A stretch of DNA of 64,000 nt from an uncultured Eubacteriales bacterium (GTDB lineage: Bacteria > Bacillota > Clostridia > Oscillospirales > Oscillospiraceae), in assembly GCA_965146675.1 (NCBI GenBank), contig CBCTHM010000012.1, positions 2,748 to 66,747 of the forward strand. The letters run 5' to 3'. Positions 29,401-38,940 of this stretch are shown one piece after another. The position numbers and the translations under genes are program-made. The notes under the pieces are model-generated. The model was given only the letters and a program-made list of their open reading frames with translations, was not told where the DNA came from and did no database searches. Within the stretch, counting starts at the first letter, position 1, and each line of letters begins with the position of its first letter.

Positions 29401-32400
29401 GCAATCGACGATTTCGTTCTCTACCAACTGCGGGATTCCAAGGTCATGGTGGTGGAGGTCAAGGACAAGGAAACCGGAGCGCTGTACTTCCGGGATTACG
29501 CCACCTACCAGTTTAAGACCCTCTACAATGGCGCCCTTGCCGCGCCGGTTCCCACCAGCGTCATGTATTTTACCAGAAATAGCTGGACCGGAACCGATCT
29601 GGACGGCAACATCCTGCCCAGCGGCACCGAGTGCGTCATGTCCATCACCGCCTACGGCGACGGCGACTACGGCGAGCTGGCTTGGAACGATGAAGCCGGC
29701 CGCCTGGTCACTGACGTGGAGGCCGTTGTACCGGGGGAGAACGAGCCCACCTTCAACGGCCATCCCATGGACAAAACCGGTGACGTGGTATCCTTTGATA
29801 TTATGGTCGACACGGTGGCGCCCAAGCTGGAAAACAACGCTGTCACCATCTATGAGGAAAACGGCAGAACCTACATTAAGGGGACCGTACACGACGATGG
29901 CTCCATCGCCTCCGTGGAAATCCATCCCCTGGTGGCCCGGACCTACACCGAGCAGAGCCACGGCGATCCCAACTATATTGAATATGGCATCGACCAGCTC
30001 AATCCCTTCTATTCCGAACATATTTACGACGCTGATACCAAGACCTGGACCTTTGTAGCGGATGTGACGGAATACGCCCATACCAATGAATCCTATCCCG
30101 GCGAGAGCAACACCTACAACTATACCTGGACCGGGAACGTGTACGTTTCCATGGGCGACTATGGCCTCAACGACCGGACCTACGCTGTGGCGGTGGACGC
30201 TGGCGACGGCTTGGTGCTCTCGCAGACCTCCGCGATGATGCACCCGGGTGAGAGCTTTGAGCTCAGTGTCAACGACAACACCGGTCTAGCAAATTCTCAG
30301 CTCACCCGTACCTCCAGCAATCCGGAGGTGGCCACGGTGGATGAGTTCGGCATGGTCAAGGCTTTGGCCCCCGGCCAGACCTATATTGCGATTTCTGCCA
30401 GCGACGGCAGCTCCGCGGTCTGCGTGGTGGCGGTGGATGAATATCCCACCGAGGTGGAGGATTTCAAGCTGTCCATTGAGTCCTTCCAGGGCCTGAAGCC
30501 CAACGGCTCCATCGTGGTGAAGGTGACAGACCTGAAGCCTGCCAACGTGGTTTTGACCTCCAAGCGCTGGGTGATCATGGAGGACGAACCGGACCTGTAC
30601 GCGGGCCTGGTGACCGTGGATCAGCATACCGCCGACGGCCTTTCCGGTGAGATCTACCTCAATTACGCCGCCACCGGCGATCCGAACATTCACGTTCCCG
30701 GCGCCAGCGGCACCCTCACCGTGACGCTCAACGGCGTCAGCCGCAGCCTGCACCTGGATTGGGAGGATCTTTATACGGAGAATACCCAGGACGATCTGGT
30801 CTCCGCCTTGAACTTCGGTACCCAAACAGTCTTTGTGAATCAGGGCGAGACTGCGACCCTGATGGCCAAGTACAACGACACCTATGGCCACAGCGTCAAT
30901 GATGTGCTCCTGGTCAGCCAAAACGGCGACGAGGTAGAGAATCACTTGATTCTGGACGGCCCCGATTTCTGCAGCGGCCAATCCTGGACCGGCACCCTGG
31001 TCAATCAGGCTGGCTATGCCGTGCCGGAGCAGGTTCGGGTGTTCTACCGCTATGAAGGCGGCTATGAATATGAAGTAACCAACAGCTGGCGCACCGAATT
31101 TGAGTACGACAAGGAAACCGGCGTGGTCAAAGTCCTGTATCTGCCCACCGGCACCGCCAAGCTGGTCATCAAGGCCGACGGCGTGGAGAGTCCCGGCGCG
31201 CCTGCGGGCACGCCCTCCGGTGAAACCTATGAGAAGCCGGAACCGATCTTTGGGCCCTTCCTGTGGGAGGTCACCAGCGGCACCGGCGCCCTGACCACCG
31301 CCGAAGATGTTGAAATCAACGGCTCCAAGACCAATGTGGCATACTACGTGCCCAAGGAGCCCGGCGTGAGCTATGTCAAGGCCACCACCAAAGACGGGGC
31401 GCATTCCGTAAACTTTGCCGTGATTTCCGAGGCGGTGAAGCCAAGTCAGATCTCGCTATCCGATTCCAGGGTGACCCTGGAAATCAAGGAGTCCCAGACT
31501 TTGGAGGCTACCCTGTCTCCCACGCCCTCCCTGGCGCAGCACGAGAAGCTGATCTGGAAATCCTTTAACCCCGAGGTCGCAACGGTGGACGAAAACGGAA
31601 CCATTACCGCGGTCTCTTTGGGTTACGCATATATCCAAGTCTGCAGCGCCGCCAATGAAAACGTCTGGACCAACTGTGTGGTACAGGTCGTACCCATCAC
31701 CTGCCCGGACGGCCACACAGAGGAAATCCGGAATCAAAAGGACGCCACCTGTACGGAGGACGGCTACTCCGGCGACGTGTACTGCTCCGTCTGCGGCGAG
31801 CTTCTCCGGGCGGGCCAGGTCCTTCCCGCGACCGGGCATACAGAAGAAGTGCGGGGCCGAGTGGAACCGACCTGCACGGAAGACGGTTACACCGGCGATG
31901 TGTATTGCTCCGTTTGTGGGGAAAAGCTCCGCTCCGGAGAGGTAATTCCCGCCACGGACCATCAGTGGAATCCGTGGACCGAAATCCAGGCGCCGGACTG
32001 CACCCACGCTGGCCGGGAGGAACGGACCTGCTCCGTCTGCAACGAGAAGGAAACCCGTCCTGTGCCCGCCTTGGGCCACGATTACGAAGACAGCGTAGTC
32101 CCGCCCACCTGCACGGAAGAGGGCTACACACAGCATGTGTGCAAGCGCTGCGATTACACCTATCGCGACAACATCGTCCCGGCTCTGGGCCACACCTGGG
32201 GCGACTGGACCGTGACCAAGCAGGCCGATTGCTTCCACGACGGCGAGGAAGCCAGAACCTGCCCGGTCTGCCAGGAGACAGAGACCCGCTTGATCCCCGC
32301 CAACAGCGAAGCCTGCCCGTCCAAGAAATTTGAGGATGTGAATCCGGCGCTGTGGTACCATGAAGGCGTGGACTATGCGCTCCAGTCTGGCCTGATGATC

Positions 32401-32883
32401 GGCACCAGCGAGGCCACCTTCTCTCCCAATGGGCTTTTGACCCGCGGCCAGCTCATGGTCATTCTGTACCGGCTGGCGGGGAGCCCCAAGGTTGAAACCA
32501 AAGCGCCGTTCGCGGATGTAGCCAATGCTTATTACACCGATGCGGTGGCGTGGGCGTACGAAGCCGGCATTGCCAAGGGCGTGAGCGAAACCAGATTTGC
32601 ACCCAACGCGGCAGTGAACCGGGAGCAGCTGGTGACGTTCTTCGCCCGGTATACGGTCTGGAGCGGCCATACTGTAGAGCCGGAAGGCGACCTGAACGGC
32701 TATACGGATGGAGCTCATGTGAGCAAGTTTGCCAAGGAAGCCATGATCTGGGCTGTGGAAAGCGGTCTGATTGACGGCACGGGCGACAACACCCTGGCGC
32801 CGCAGAATAACGCGACCCGGGCGCAGGCCGCCACGATTCTGTTGCGGTATTGCACAGTCCTGGAGTTTACCCCTGCGGAATAA
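26440..32883 (+). CDS. Cell-surface S8 subtilase (C5a-peptidase/lactocepin-like) with propeptide, PA, Fn3-like, Big_2, Cys/His repeats and 3 SLH domains
   Basis: Signal peptide; catalytic triad VLDTG / HGTHVSG / GTSMAAP; SSNPEVATVD Big_2 repeats; SLH motifs (FSPNGLLTRGQ, APNAAVNREQ, APQNNATRAQ). Confidence 0.93.
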   Translation: MKRILATLLTLALLAGLLPTALAADSTSSPSPQALTAEELPGTPRLDGLTPTEENTQRPSPAYAPEDLVTVIVELQDAPLLEGFTPSDDNQLAGQAVADYLASDQAVAAGNAILQQQNALINQIASKTRSAGQVSVVAQWNKLLNGMAIQVPYGQLDAIRGMDGVKRAYVEHVYDRPVTEAGNISDSGWYGYSYDMVGLQQAWDAGFTGKGMLVAVLDTGLDLTYTTWGSTEDQHHGIRRVHEAFTDSSFRNDPASAEDGWTLRYTDESLRLFLNSTQLRATTGAEGNKITYDNNALYKNLKVPYACDYADGDLNVQPAESDHGTHVSGTIAGYAETEEGAVTFTGVAPDAQLMMMKVFPDSADSGAPESVTINALEDALTLGADVVNLSLGSDNGYANDDTAQHDLYQRIEEAGIVLMTSAGNSAFSSSGNNYNGYSTTDNPEINMMSSPAVYATNLAVASIDNTVATQSMLVWTDADGQTHKAAFYDPNGIAMKYKFVGKDPVQLIAVDGYGTSQDYANAGFNNGYNNGKTGVAMVKRGGGVSFADKINNALSFAGVNHVGEAYGVLAVLVYDEDPNATELINMSVTGTSLTSAFVGGKDGAAIVAAIQAAGENKVTMTVQEEDDLLPADPVMSSFSTWGTGPSLELKPEITAPGGYIWSSIIDQSFRPADPSGAYDDYVGTYGMMSGTSMAAPHMTGLAALVEQYVREELNVTSKAASGALVNQLLVSTALPQTDGDAYYSPRLQGAGLVNIASAISTPAYITVNGQNVGKLELKDDPDKTGTYALNFNVHNLTKDALTYDAKVVVLRPETDVFESKWGQRDVMLDSDVLMKEVSLGTVTVPALGTAQVKQTLQLTAEEKAELDQLFENGTYVEGFIVLTDASDSGNPQIGLPFLSFYGDWTAAPIFDSAYWFDAAEDGENFMNNEASWGVSVVGSYVINPYDGSVVDIINVGQNVFDGASAQSQPIYRQENFTISPNGDGYFEAIDDFVLYQLRDSKVMVVEVKDKETGALYFRDYATYQFKTLYNGALAAPVPTSVMYFTRNSWTGTDLDGNILPSGTECVMSITAYGDGDYGELAWNDEAGRLVTDVEAVVPGENEPTFNGHPMDKTGDVVSFDIMVDTVAPKLENNAVTIYEENGRTYIKGTVHDDGSIASVEIHPLVARTYTEQSHGDPNYIEYGIDQLNPFYSEHIYDADTKTWTFVADVTEYAHTNESYPGESNTYNYTWTGNVYVSMGDYGLNDRTYAVAVDAGDGLVLSQTSAMMHPGESFELSVNDNTGLANSQLTRTSSNPEVATVDEFGMVKALAPGQTYIAISASDGSSAVCVVAVDEYPTEVEDFKLSIESFQGLKPNGSIVVKVTDLKPANVVLTSKRWVIMEDEPDLYAGLVTVDQHTADGLSGEIYLNYAATGDPNIHVPGASGTLTVTLNGVSRSLHLDWEDLYTENTQDDLVSALNFGTQTVFVNQGETATLMAKYNDTYGHSVNDVLLVSQNGDEVENHLILDGPDFCSGQSWTGTLVNQAGYAVPEQVRVFYRYEGGYEYEVTNSWRTEFEYDKETGVVKVLYLPTGTAKLVIKADGVESPGAPAGTPSGETYEKPEPIFGPFLWEVTSGTGALTTAEDVEINGSKTNVAYYVPKEPGVSYVKATTKDGAHSVNFAVISEAVKPSQISLSDSRVTLEIKESQTLEATLSPTPSLAQHEKLIWKSFNPEVATVDENGTITAVSLGYAYIQVCSAANENVWTNCVVQVVPITCPDGHTEEIRNQKDATCTEDGYSGDVYCSVCGELLRAGQVLPATGHTEEVRGRVEPTCTEDGYTGDVYCSVCGEKLRSGEVIPATDHQWNPWTEIQAPDCTHAGREERTCSVCNEKETRPVPALGHDYEDSVVPPTCTEEGYTQHVCKRCDYTYRDNIVPALGHTWGDWTVTKQADCFHDGEEARTCPVCQETETRLIPANSEACPSKKFEDVNPALWYHEGVDYALQSGLMIGTSEATFSPNGLLTRGQLMVILYRLAGSPKVETKAPFADVANAYYTDAVAWAYEAGIAKGVSETRFAPNAAVNREQLVTFFARYTVWSGHTVEPEGDLNGYTDGAHVSKFAKEAMIWAVESGLIDGTGDNTLAPQNNATRAQAATILLRYCTVLEFTPAE

Positions 32884-32926
32884 AAAACACGGATATAGCG
32901 CAAATTTTAACGCTTCATAACACCGC

Positions 32927-32958
32927 AACCCGCCGGGGCTCAGCCCCCGGCGGGTTTT
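32927..32958 (+). terminator. Terminator of the protease gene
   Basis: aacccgccgggg/ccccggcgggtttt. Confidence 0.75.
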
Positions 32959-33021
32959 CTGTCGTGTGCGAGCGTGCTTTGCACGCCCGCCAACCCCTGC
33001 GAAACCGGAAACGTTTCCCAA

Positions 33022-33202
33022 CGGGCGAGCAAAGCTCGCCCCTACGGAAGCATGACGATAAATTGATGTAGGGGCGAGCTGCGCTCGCCCGCGGAACGGC
33101 CAAAGGTCGTTCCCTACAAAGGCTCGGCGGGCGGCCTCTGGCCGCCCCTATAGACGCGCCACCAAATGATATCTCGTAGGGGCGGCAAAGCTCGCTCCCA
33201 CA
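33022..33202. repeat. GTAG-type REP cluster (about 5 units)
   Basis: cgggcgagcaaagctcgcccctac, gtaggggcgagctgcgctcgcccg, ggaacggccaaaggtcgttccctac and others. Confidence 0.8.
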
Positions 33203-33370
33203 GAATTTCCGCTATGCCACCCCAGGAGAATTTCTTTTGTACTATACCTGAAACAAAGATGAATACAGGCGCCGGCCTGGACTTTTCGCCGCAGACGGGG
33301 TAGAATAAGGACATGTCCTGTCGTAAAAGCAGGCCAAACGATCAAATTCTCCAAAGGTCCAGGTGACGCC

Positions 33371-35074
33371 ATGATGCAACCTTTTTTTCTCCCCTCAAGG
33401 CGCGCGGTGCGCGTCGCCAGCTCTTCCCCCGCGCCCCCAGACAATCATATGTCATCCCCGCCGGTGCCGATTTCCGAAACGGCTCCACTGGACCCACGCG
33501 TCCCCGGCCCCAACCCCCTTACGGAACCGGAGGTGCCCCGGCTCTGGTCCGGTTGTTACGCTCTGGCCATGCTCACACTCTTTGTCCTATGGGTGCCCCG
33601 GGCGGGATATGCCAATATCACACTGCCCAAGCACCGGCTGTTTCTTCTTCTGACGGGTTTGTATCTGACGGGCCTGCTCCTGTGGGGCCTGGCTCGGCTG
33701 TACTTCCGCCGGCGGCTCCCTCAGACCGTCAACGACCGAAGCGTCCCTGCCCGGATTCAATTGGGATTGGTCGCAGGTCTCTTGCTCCTGTTTTTCCTCT
33801 CCGCTTTGTTTTCCTCCCATCCCCAGGTGGCCTGGTTCGGAAACCGGCGGCATGAGGGCTTCTGCACCCTGGCGCTCTACCTTTTGATTTTTGCCGCTAT
33901 GGCGCGGTGGGGTCGGCTTCAACGGATTCATGCCTTGGCGGCCGCAGTAGCCGGCGCCGCTGTGAGCCTACTGGTAATCGCTCAATTCTGGGGTTATAAC
34001 CCCCTGCACTTATATCCAGGCGACTATGGCTTCCACGACCGCGGTCTTCTATACAGCGGCGAATATCTGGGTACCATCGGCAACTCCGATCTTCTTTCCG
34101 CCTATTTTACCCTGATTGTGACCTACCTGTTTGGCACCTACTCAGTGAGCCGCAGCAAAGAAGCGCCTGTATACCTGCTGGCTGGGGGCCTGTGCTGGTT
34201 TGCCCTGCTGCTATCCGAGGTCTCCGCCGGTCCCGTGGCCATCCTGGTCGGCTTTGCCCTGTGCCTGCCCCTGTGCGTAGCCAGGGGCCTGGGCCTGCGC
34301 CGGATGGGCGACCTGTTGGCTGTTCTGGCCCTGGGCGCGTTGGCCAAAGCCGTGATCGAATATACCTATTCTGCAGGAACCCTGACCATCCGCTTTTCTT
34401 GGCGGGCAAGTGCTTGGTTGCTCCTTGGCGTCTTCACCCTGGGCCTTTTGGGCTCGTTTTTGCTTCGCTTTCTCCCGGCAGACTGGCGCTCCCCGGCACT
34501 GGCCTGGGGCCTCACCGGCCTGATGGCGGTTACGGCAGCCGCTGCGCTGGTTTATCTGTACAGTTATGCTGGGAACAGCGAGACGCTGCAGGGCCTGTCC
34601 GCGCTGCTTCACGGCAATCCCCCGGACACGCTGGGCTCCAGCCGCATCGCCATTTGGAAAGAAGCTCTGGCGCTGGCGCGGGAGAAGCCCTGGCTGGGCG
34701 GGGGCCCCGACACCTATCAGCTTCGTTCCCAGCTGGTCTTCAGCCGGGTCACGGAGGCGGGCGTCTGCCTGCGGGTGGGCGTAGACGCCGCCCACAACGA
34801 ATACCTCAACTTGTGGGTGAATACGGGACTTCCCAGCCTAGTGCTGTATTTGACTTTGCTGGCCTCCGTGCTGCTTTCGGCCCTCAGGCGTCTGGATTGG
34901 CGCCGCCTGCCCCTGGCGCTGCCGGTGCTCTGTTACAGCATTCACGCCCTATTTGGCATCAGCCAAACCGTGGTGACGCCACTGTTTTTCCTCTTTTGGG
35001 GGGCCCTGGCCTACACGGGGAGGCCGCCCGCTGCGTACCAGCCAACCGGCGAAGGGGCCAAGGGTTCTGTGTGA
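33371..35074 (+). CDS. O-antigen ligase (Wzy_C)-like membrane protein
   Basis: Many TM segments, GTIGNSD, SSRIAIWK, PWLGGGPD, DAAHNEYL. Confidence 0.8.
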   Translation: MMQPFFLPSRRAVRVASSSPAPPDNHMSSPPVPISETAPLDPRVPGPNPLTEPEVPRLWSGCYALAMLTLFVLWVPRAGYANITLPKHRLFLLLTGLYLTGLLLWGLARLYFRRRLPQTVNDRSVPARIQLGLVAGLLLLFFLSALFSSHPQVAWFGNRRHEGFCTLALYLLIFAAMARWGRLQRIHALAAAVAGAAVSLLVIAQFWGYNPLHLYPGDYGFHDRGLLYSGEYLGTIGNSDLLSAYFTLIVTYLFGTYSVSRSKEAPVYLLAGGLCWFALLLSEVSAGPVAILVGFALCLPLCVARGLGLRRMGDLLAVLALGALAKAVIEYTYSAGTLTIRFSWRASAWLLLGVFTLGLLGSFLLRFLPADWRSPALAWGLTGLMAVTAAAALVYLYSYAGNSETLQGLSALLHGNPPDTLGSSRIAIWKEALALAREKPWLGGGPDTYQLRSQLVFSRVTEAGVCLRVGVDAAHNEYLNLWVNTGLPSLVLYLTLLASVLLSALRRLDWRRLPLALPVLCYSIHALFGISQTVVTPLFFLFWGALAYTGRPPAAYQPTGEGAKGSV

Positions 35075-35083
35075 CAAACAGTT

Positions 35084-35122
35084 AGCCCTCCGGGCTCCGC
35101 TTTTCGCGGGGCTCGGAGGGCT
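35084..35122. terminator. Terminator between convergent genes
   Basis: agccctccgggctccgc/gcggggctcggagggct. Confidence 0.65.
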
Positions 35123-35170
35123 GCGATCTACATGGGAGGCTGCGGTTTACAGCCTAGGCCAGGCGCCGTT

Positions 35171-36073
35171 TCAAGGGGCCATCAGAATGGATACGCCGCC
35201 ACTGACAGAGTCAAATTCGTAGGTGCCGCCGCCGGACCCAGAATAAATTGTCTCGCCCTGACTGGTGGTAGGGAACTCACAGGAAAGTTTACCGCTGACC
35301 GAATCCAGGCTGGCGGAGAAGGCTGCGTCCTTGGGAAGCGTCATCCGAACCTCACCGGAGACCACATCCGACTGAACCGCTCTGGGTGTGTTGTTCAGGT
35401 CCAGCTTCAGATTGGAGGAAACGCCGTCAAAATCCACCGTTTCTACCGTCCCTGTATAATCCAGGCCCCCACTGACCGTATCCACATTGATATTGCCCAA
35501 GGTACAATTCCGGAACGTCAATTCGCCGGAGACATTGTCCACCTCGCAGATATTCGCCTGTAAGTTCTCCGCCGTTACCTTAGCGCTGGTGACGGACAGG
35601 TCCACCCTGTTTAGCTGCGGCAGCATACTTCTGGGGATCCGCAGGGTTAATTGCTTGGCCGGCGGGCCCTTTACGAAGCCAAAACCCCAGGTCGGTTTGC
35701 AGAACTGAATGGTGAGCTTTCCCCCGGAGACCCGGTAGCGCAGCTGGTAATCCTCCTTCAGGCCCTCCGGCTCTGTAAGGGTGATGACGTCTGCGTCATA
35801 CACGTCAATGTCGATAGACCCGGAAATCCAGTTGATTTCCAAGTCCGTAATCTCATCGGCTTTCACGGAGCCGCTGCCGATGGTATAACTCTCAGCGTCG
35901 TCATAGCGATGGCTGTAGCCGAAGCTCCAGCCGCCAAAGCCATCCTCCCAGTCCAAGTGCTCCCGGGTCCAATCCATAGCGCCGCCCACATTCAGCCCCC
36001 AGAGCAAGATGCCAGTTAAAATCAGGGCTGTTAAAGAGAGCAGGACAATTCTCACAATTACATTCTTTTTCAT
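35171..36073 (-). CDS. DUF4097 family beta-repeat protein
   Basis: N-terminal TM segment; repeated VSG/ISG beta-strand motifs. Confidence 0.85.
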   Translation of the reverse strand: MKKNVIVRIVLLSLTALILTGILLWGLNVGGAMDWTREHLDWEDGFGGWSFGYSHRYDDAESYTIGSGSVKADEITDLEINWISGSIDIDVYDADVITLTEPEGLKEDYQLRYRVSGGKLTIQFCKPTWGFGFVKGPPAKQLTLRIPRSMLPQLNRVDLSVTSAKVTAENLQANICEVDNVSGELTFRNCTLGNINVDTVSGGLDYTGTVETVDFDGVSSNLKLDLNNTPRAVQSDVVSGEVRMTLPKDAAFSASLDSVSGKLSCEFPTTSQGETIYSGSGGGTYEFDSVSGGVSILMAP

Positions 36074-36082
36074 GCCGACCTC

Positions 36083-36724
36083 TCATTCCTTTAGTTCAAA
36101 ACAGGCTTTGACGATACTTTCCACGGCAGCAGACAGGGGGAAAATCACCCAAGTAATATACCACGCCCCGGTGGTGAAGCTGATAACCAGGTACAGGGCC
36201 AGGGAAACCGCGGAGATGGCGCCGTTGATGCTTTTGCGAAGTTTGACCCGGGGACTATCCGCCGGCTGTGACTCCCGGTCATCCTCCCCGTCTCGGCCAT
36301 GGTGGCGCGGCGCCAGGTTTGCCCGGTAAATCAGCAGGCCCGTGGCCACGGCAATCATCACGAACATAGCACAAACGGCCAGGTTCTTCCCGTCAAATAA
36401 AATGACGGGCACGACGCAGGTGATATAAAGCATAACCGCCACTGCCAGCAATATGGCAGAAACGGCCCCCCGGCTCCCCTTGACAGAGCCCTGGGCCGGA
36501 ACGGTGCGGGCCGTGTGGGATCCTCCGCTCAGGAGTTCGCCGATATCCCCGATTCCCGCCACAGCCAGGCTGTACGCCGCCTCCGGCGTCTTGCCCTGGG
36601 CAATCATATCATCGTATTTGTCCAGCGTATTTTGCAGGATTTCCGCTTTTGTCTCCGCTGCCGCGGGCGTGGTAGGCGCACCGGCGAACAGATAATCAAT
36701 GTATGTCCTCAGCTTTTCTCTCAT
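36083..36724 (-). CDS. Permease-prefix-domain membrane protein
   Basis: YIDYLF...KAEILQNTLDKYDDMIAQG...GIGDIGEL followed by 4 TM segments. Confidence 0.75.
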   Translation of the reverse strand: MREKLRTYIDYLFAGAPTTPAAAETKAEILQNTLDKYDDMIAQGKTPEAAYSLAVAGIGDIGELLSGGSHTARTVPAQGSVKGSRGAVSAILLAVAVMLYITCVVPVILFDGKNLAVCAMFVMIAVATGLLIYRANLAPRHHGRDGEDDRESQPADSPRVKLRKSINGAISAVSLALYLVISFTTGAWYITWVIFPLSAAVESIVKACFELKE

Positions 36725-37059
36725 TGGGACTCCTCCATTTCCAACAATTTGTCCATAATCTGCTTGGTCTGGCCCCATTCCTCCAGGAGCCGGAAGCAGG
36801 CCTCCCGCCCGGAAGCCGTGATGGTGTAATAGCGCCGGCGGGCGCCGCTCTGCTCGCCGCCCCAGTAGGAAGCCACATAGCCCCCCTCTTCCAGCCGGCG
36901 GAACGCCGTGTACAGCGTGGCCTCCTTCAGCTCCAATTTGCCGTCAGACAGTCTTGCGACGGCCTTGTTGATCTCATACCCGTAGCTATCGCCTCGCATC
37001 AGCCTTGCCAGGATAATTGCATCCGTGTGTCCGCGGATCAGGTCCCCGGCGATGGACAT
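36721..37059 (-). CDS. PadR-family transcriptional regulator
   Basis: DSYGYEI, EATLYTAFRRLE, RRRYYTIT; TTGACA-N17-TAGGAT promoter at 37087-37115. Confidence 0.92.
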   Translation of the reverse strand: MSIAGDLIRGHTDAIILARLMRGDSYGYEINKAVARLSDGKLELKEATLYTAFRRLEEGGYVASYWGGEQSGARRRYYTITASGREACFRLLEEWGQTKQIMDKLLEMEESQ

Positions 37060-37432
37060 GAAACCACCTCCCGTTTATTTTTTTCCATCCTACCACTAAT
37101 TACTTCGCCTGTCAAGGTATATCACAAAAAAATTTATATGCCTATAAAAAATAGCGGCGTTTGAGTTTGTACAGTCGGCTTCATATAAGAACAACGAGGC
37201 TGGAAAGGCTGATGAATAGGGCATTAAGCGGTTCTCTCCAGCTTGTACTAAAAATGTTTGCAGGTCATTAATCGCCCAAAATCCCGCCCAATTCCCGCCC
37301 TGATTTCATAAGAACTTGAGGTACAATATAAGAATAGATGAAACGACTTGACAGATTTGACATTAAAATTTAGAGTATAAGGAACAAGAATATTCGCATT
37401 AGGCGGATAAGACGAACGAAGGCGGTGATACA

Positions 37433-37990
37433 ATGGCAGAGCTGTTTGAAACATTTCCATACCTAAGAAATGACCATATTATCATCAGGAAAATGGTTGA
37501 AGGTGACGTGGACGACCTTATGGAAATTACGAATAATCCTAACGTCTATCAATATGTACCTCCATTCCTGTATAGAAAAAGCAAGGGAAGTTTGCTAGCT
37601 GCAATTAGAAACCTCGGCGGGAGAGATTTCGATAAAAAGAAACTGATTATTGCAGGTATTTATCTGTGCGAGGAACCTAATAAGCTCATAGGACTTGCAG
37701 AGCTGTTTGATTATAAAAAAAGAATGAACCAAATAACGATTGGCTACCGCATAAACGAATCGTATTGGCACAGAGGGATTGCGACTGATACAGTAAGGCT
37801 TATAATGGATTACCTTTGTAATGATTTGGGCGTTCAAAAGTTGAAAGCATTTGTCATGCCTGAAAATGTGTTTTCTGAAAAAGTACTGATAAAAAATGGT
37901 TTTATAAAAGAGCCCGATACTGTTCAAGAGAAGAACTGGGGCGGTAAAGAAATTGTAGATTTGAATGTATTTACCTATGCAGTTTCATAG
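37433..37990 (+). CDS. RimJ/RimL-type GNAT acetyltransferase, AT-rich
   Basis: IGYRINESYWHRGIAT, VMPENVFSEKVLIKNGF; codon usage clearly AT-rich compared with flanking genes. Confidence 0.85.
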   Translation: MAELFETFPYLRNDHIIIRKMVEGDVDDLMEITNNPNVYQYVPPFLYRKSKGSLLAAIRNLGGRDFDKKKLIIAGIYLCEEPNKLIGLAELFDYKKRMNQITIGYRINESYWHRGIATDTVRLIMDYLCNDLGVQKLKAFVMPENVFSEKVLIKNGFIKEPDTVQEKNWGGKEIVDLNVFTYAVS

Positions 37991-38617
37991 ATTCTAGTTC
38001 CAGTACGTCTTATTGGTATAATACGTACTTCCCTTTTAACCGTTCTTAATAGTGACAAGCAGGGCAAAGTGGTACACACTTTGCCCTGCTTGCCACGATT
38101 GTTTTCGGTGGGACCCCGATTCCCCCCGCACATGAAAATGGCCCCTGCATGAGACGGGGCTAAGTCTCACGCCGGGGCGGGTGTGCGGAACGATAGAAGG
38201 CCGTTTTCAGGGGGTTAGGATAAAAGATACAGGCCCCCTCGGTTTAGCGTCCGCAGAGGCCCAGTCTGTCAGGGGTTTGGAGGCCCCATTATTCCGCTTT
38301 CGCAAACCGCTCTTTACCCCGCAACGTCCTTCCACAGATAGACAACGGCTATCACAGGCAAAACTTTAGCGCAGGGGTTTCCCGTTTTGTAAGCGAGAAA
38401 ATCCCGCCCAAATTCCGCCAAACTTTACAAAAGTATGTTGCAAGAACTTTTAACAAAAAACGGAGACGATACGCGCAAACCCGCATGAAATCAGGGGTTT
38501 TCGCATGACGGTATAAAGTCCTATACGGCCTTTTGAGCTGTTTTTTTGCTATTCAGGCAATAAAAAATATATTAATCCGCCGGATCGTACGAAACGGTAG
38601 CGGATTCTCATCCCCAT

Positions 38618-38808
38618 GTAGGGGCGTACTTTGTACGCCCGCAAAGCAGCCTTTGGTCGTCGTACATCCTCCCAATTGGAATGCATCCTGTTGGGGCGAG
38701 CTGCGCTCGCCCGCTGTCTCCTTGCAAGGAGGAGCCACCCGTATTGCTCGACTTACACTTGCGACCAAAGGCCGCCCCTATCCCCCCCGAATTACCCTGC
38801 GCCCCTAC
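38618..38808. repeat. GTAG-type REP cluster
   Basis: gtaggggcgtactttgtacgcccg, gttggggcgagctgcgctcgcccg, gcgcccctac. Confidence 0.75.
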
Positions 38809-38854
38809 AAATCTTACTGATACAAAACATTCAGGCCCACATTTTGATACAATG

Positions 38855-38892
38855 AAGTCCCCGGCACACGTATCTTCGTGCGCCGGGGACTT
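38855..38892 (-). terminator. Terminator of the ABC operon
   Basis: aagtccccggc/gccggggactt. Confidence 0.65.
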
Positions 38893-38940
38893 TGCTGTTT
38901 TCGCGCTTTCCGAACCGTCGGCAGCTGCCCTTTCTTCGGC

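Noticed and set aside
31456..33021. Long antisense or alternate-frame ORFs (e.g. 521 aa here; also 10412-11641, 59821-61101, 6504-7595, 29095-30243)
   Set aside because: They are shadows of well-supported genes in GC-rich DNA, with no RBS or recognisable motifs.
33022..33202. REP clusters as a possible CRISPR array
   Set aside because: Units vary in sequence and orientation, spacing is irregular, and no cas genes are present.
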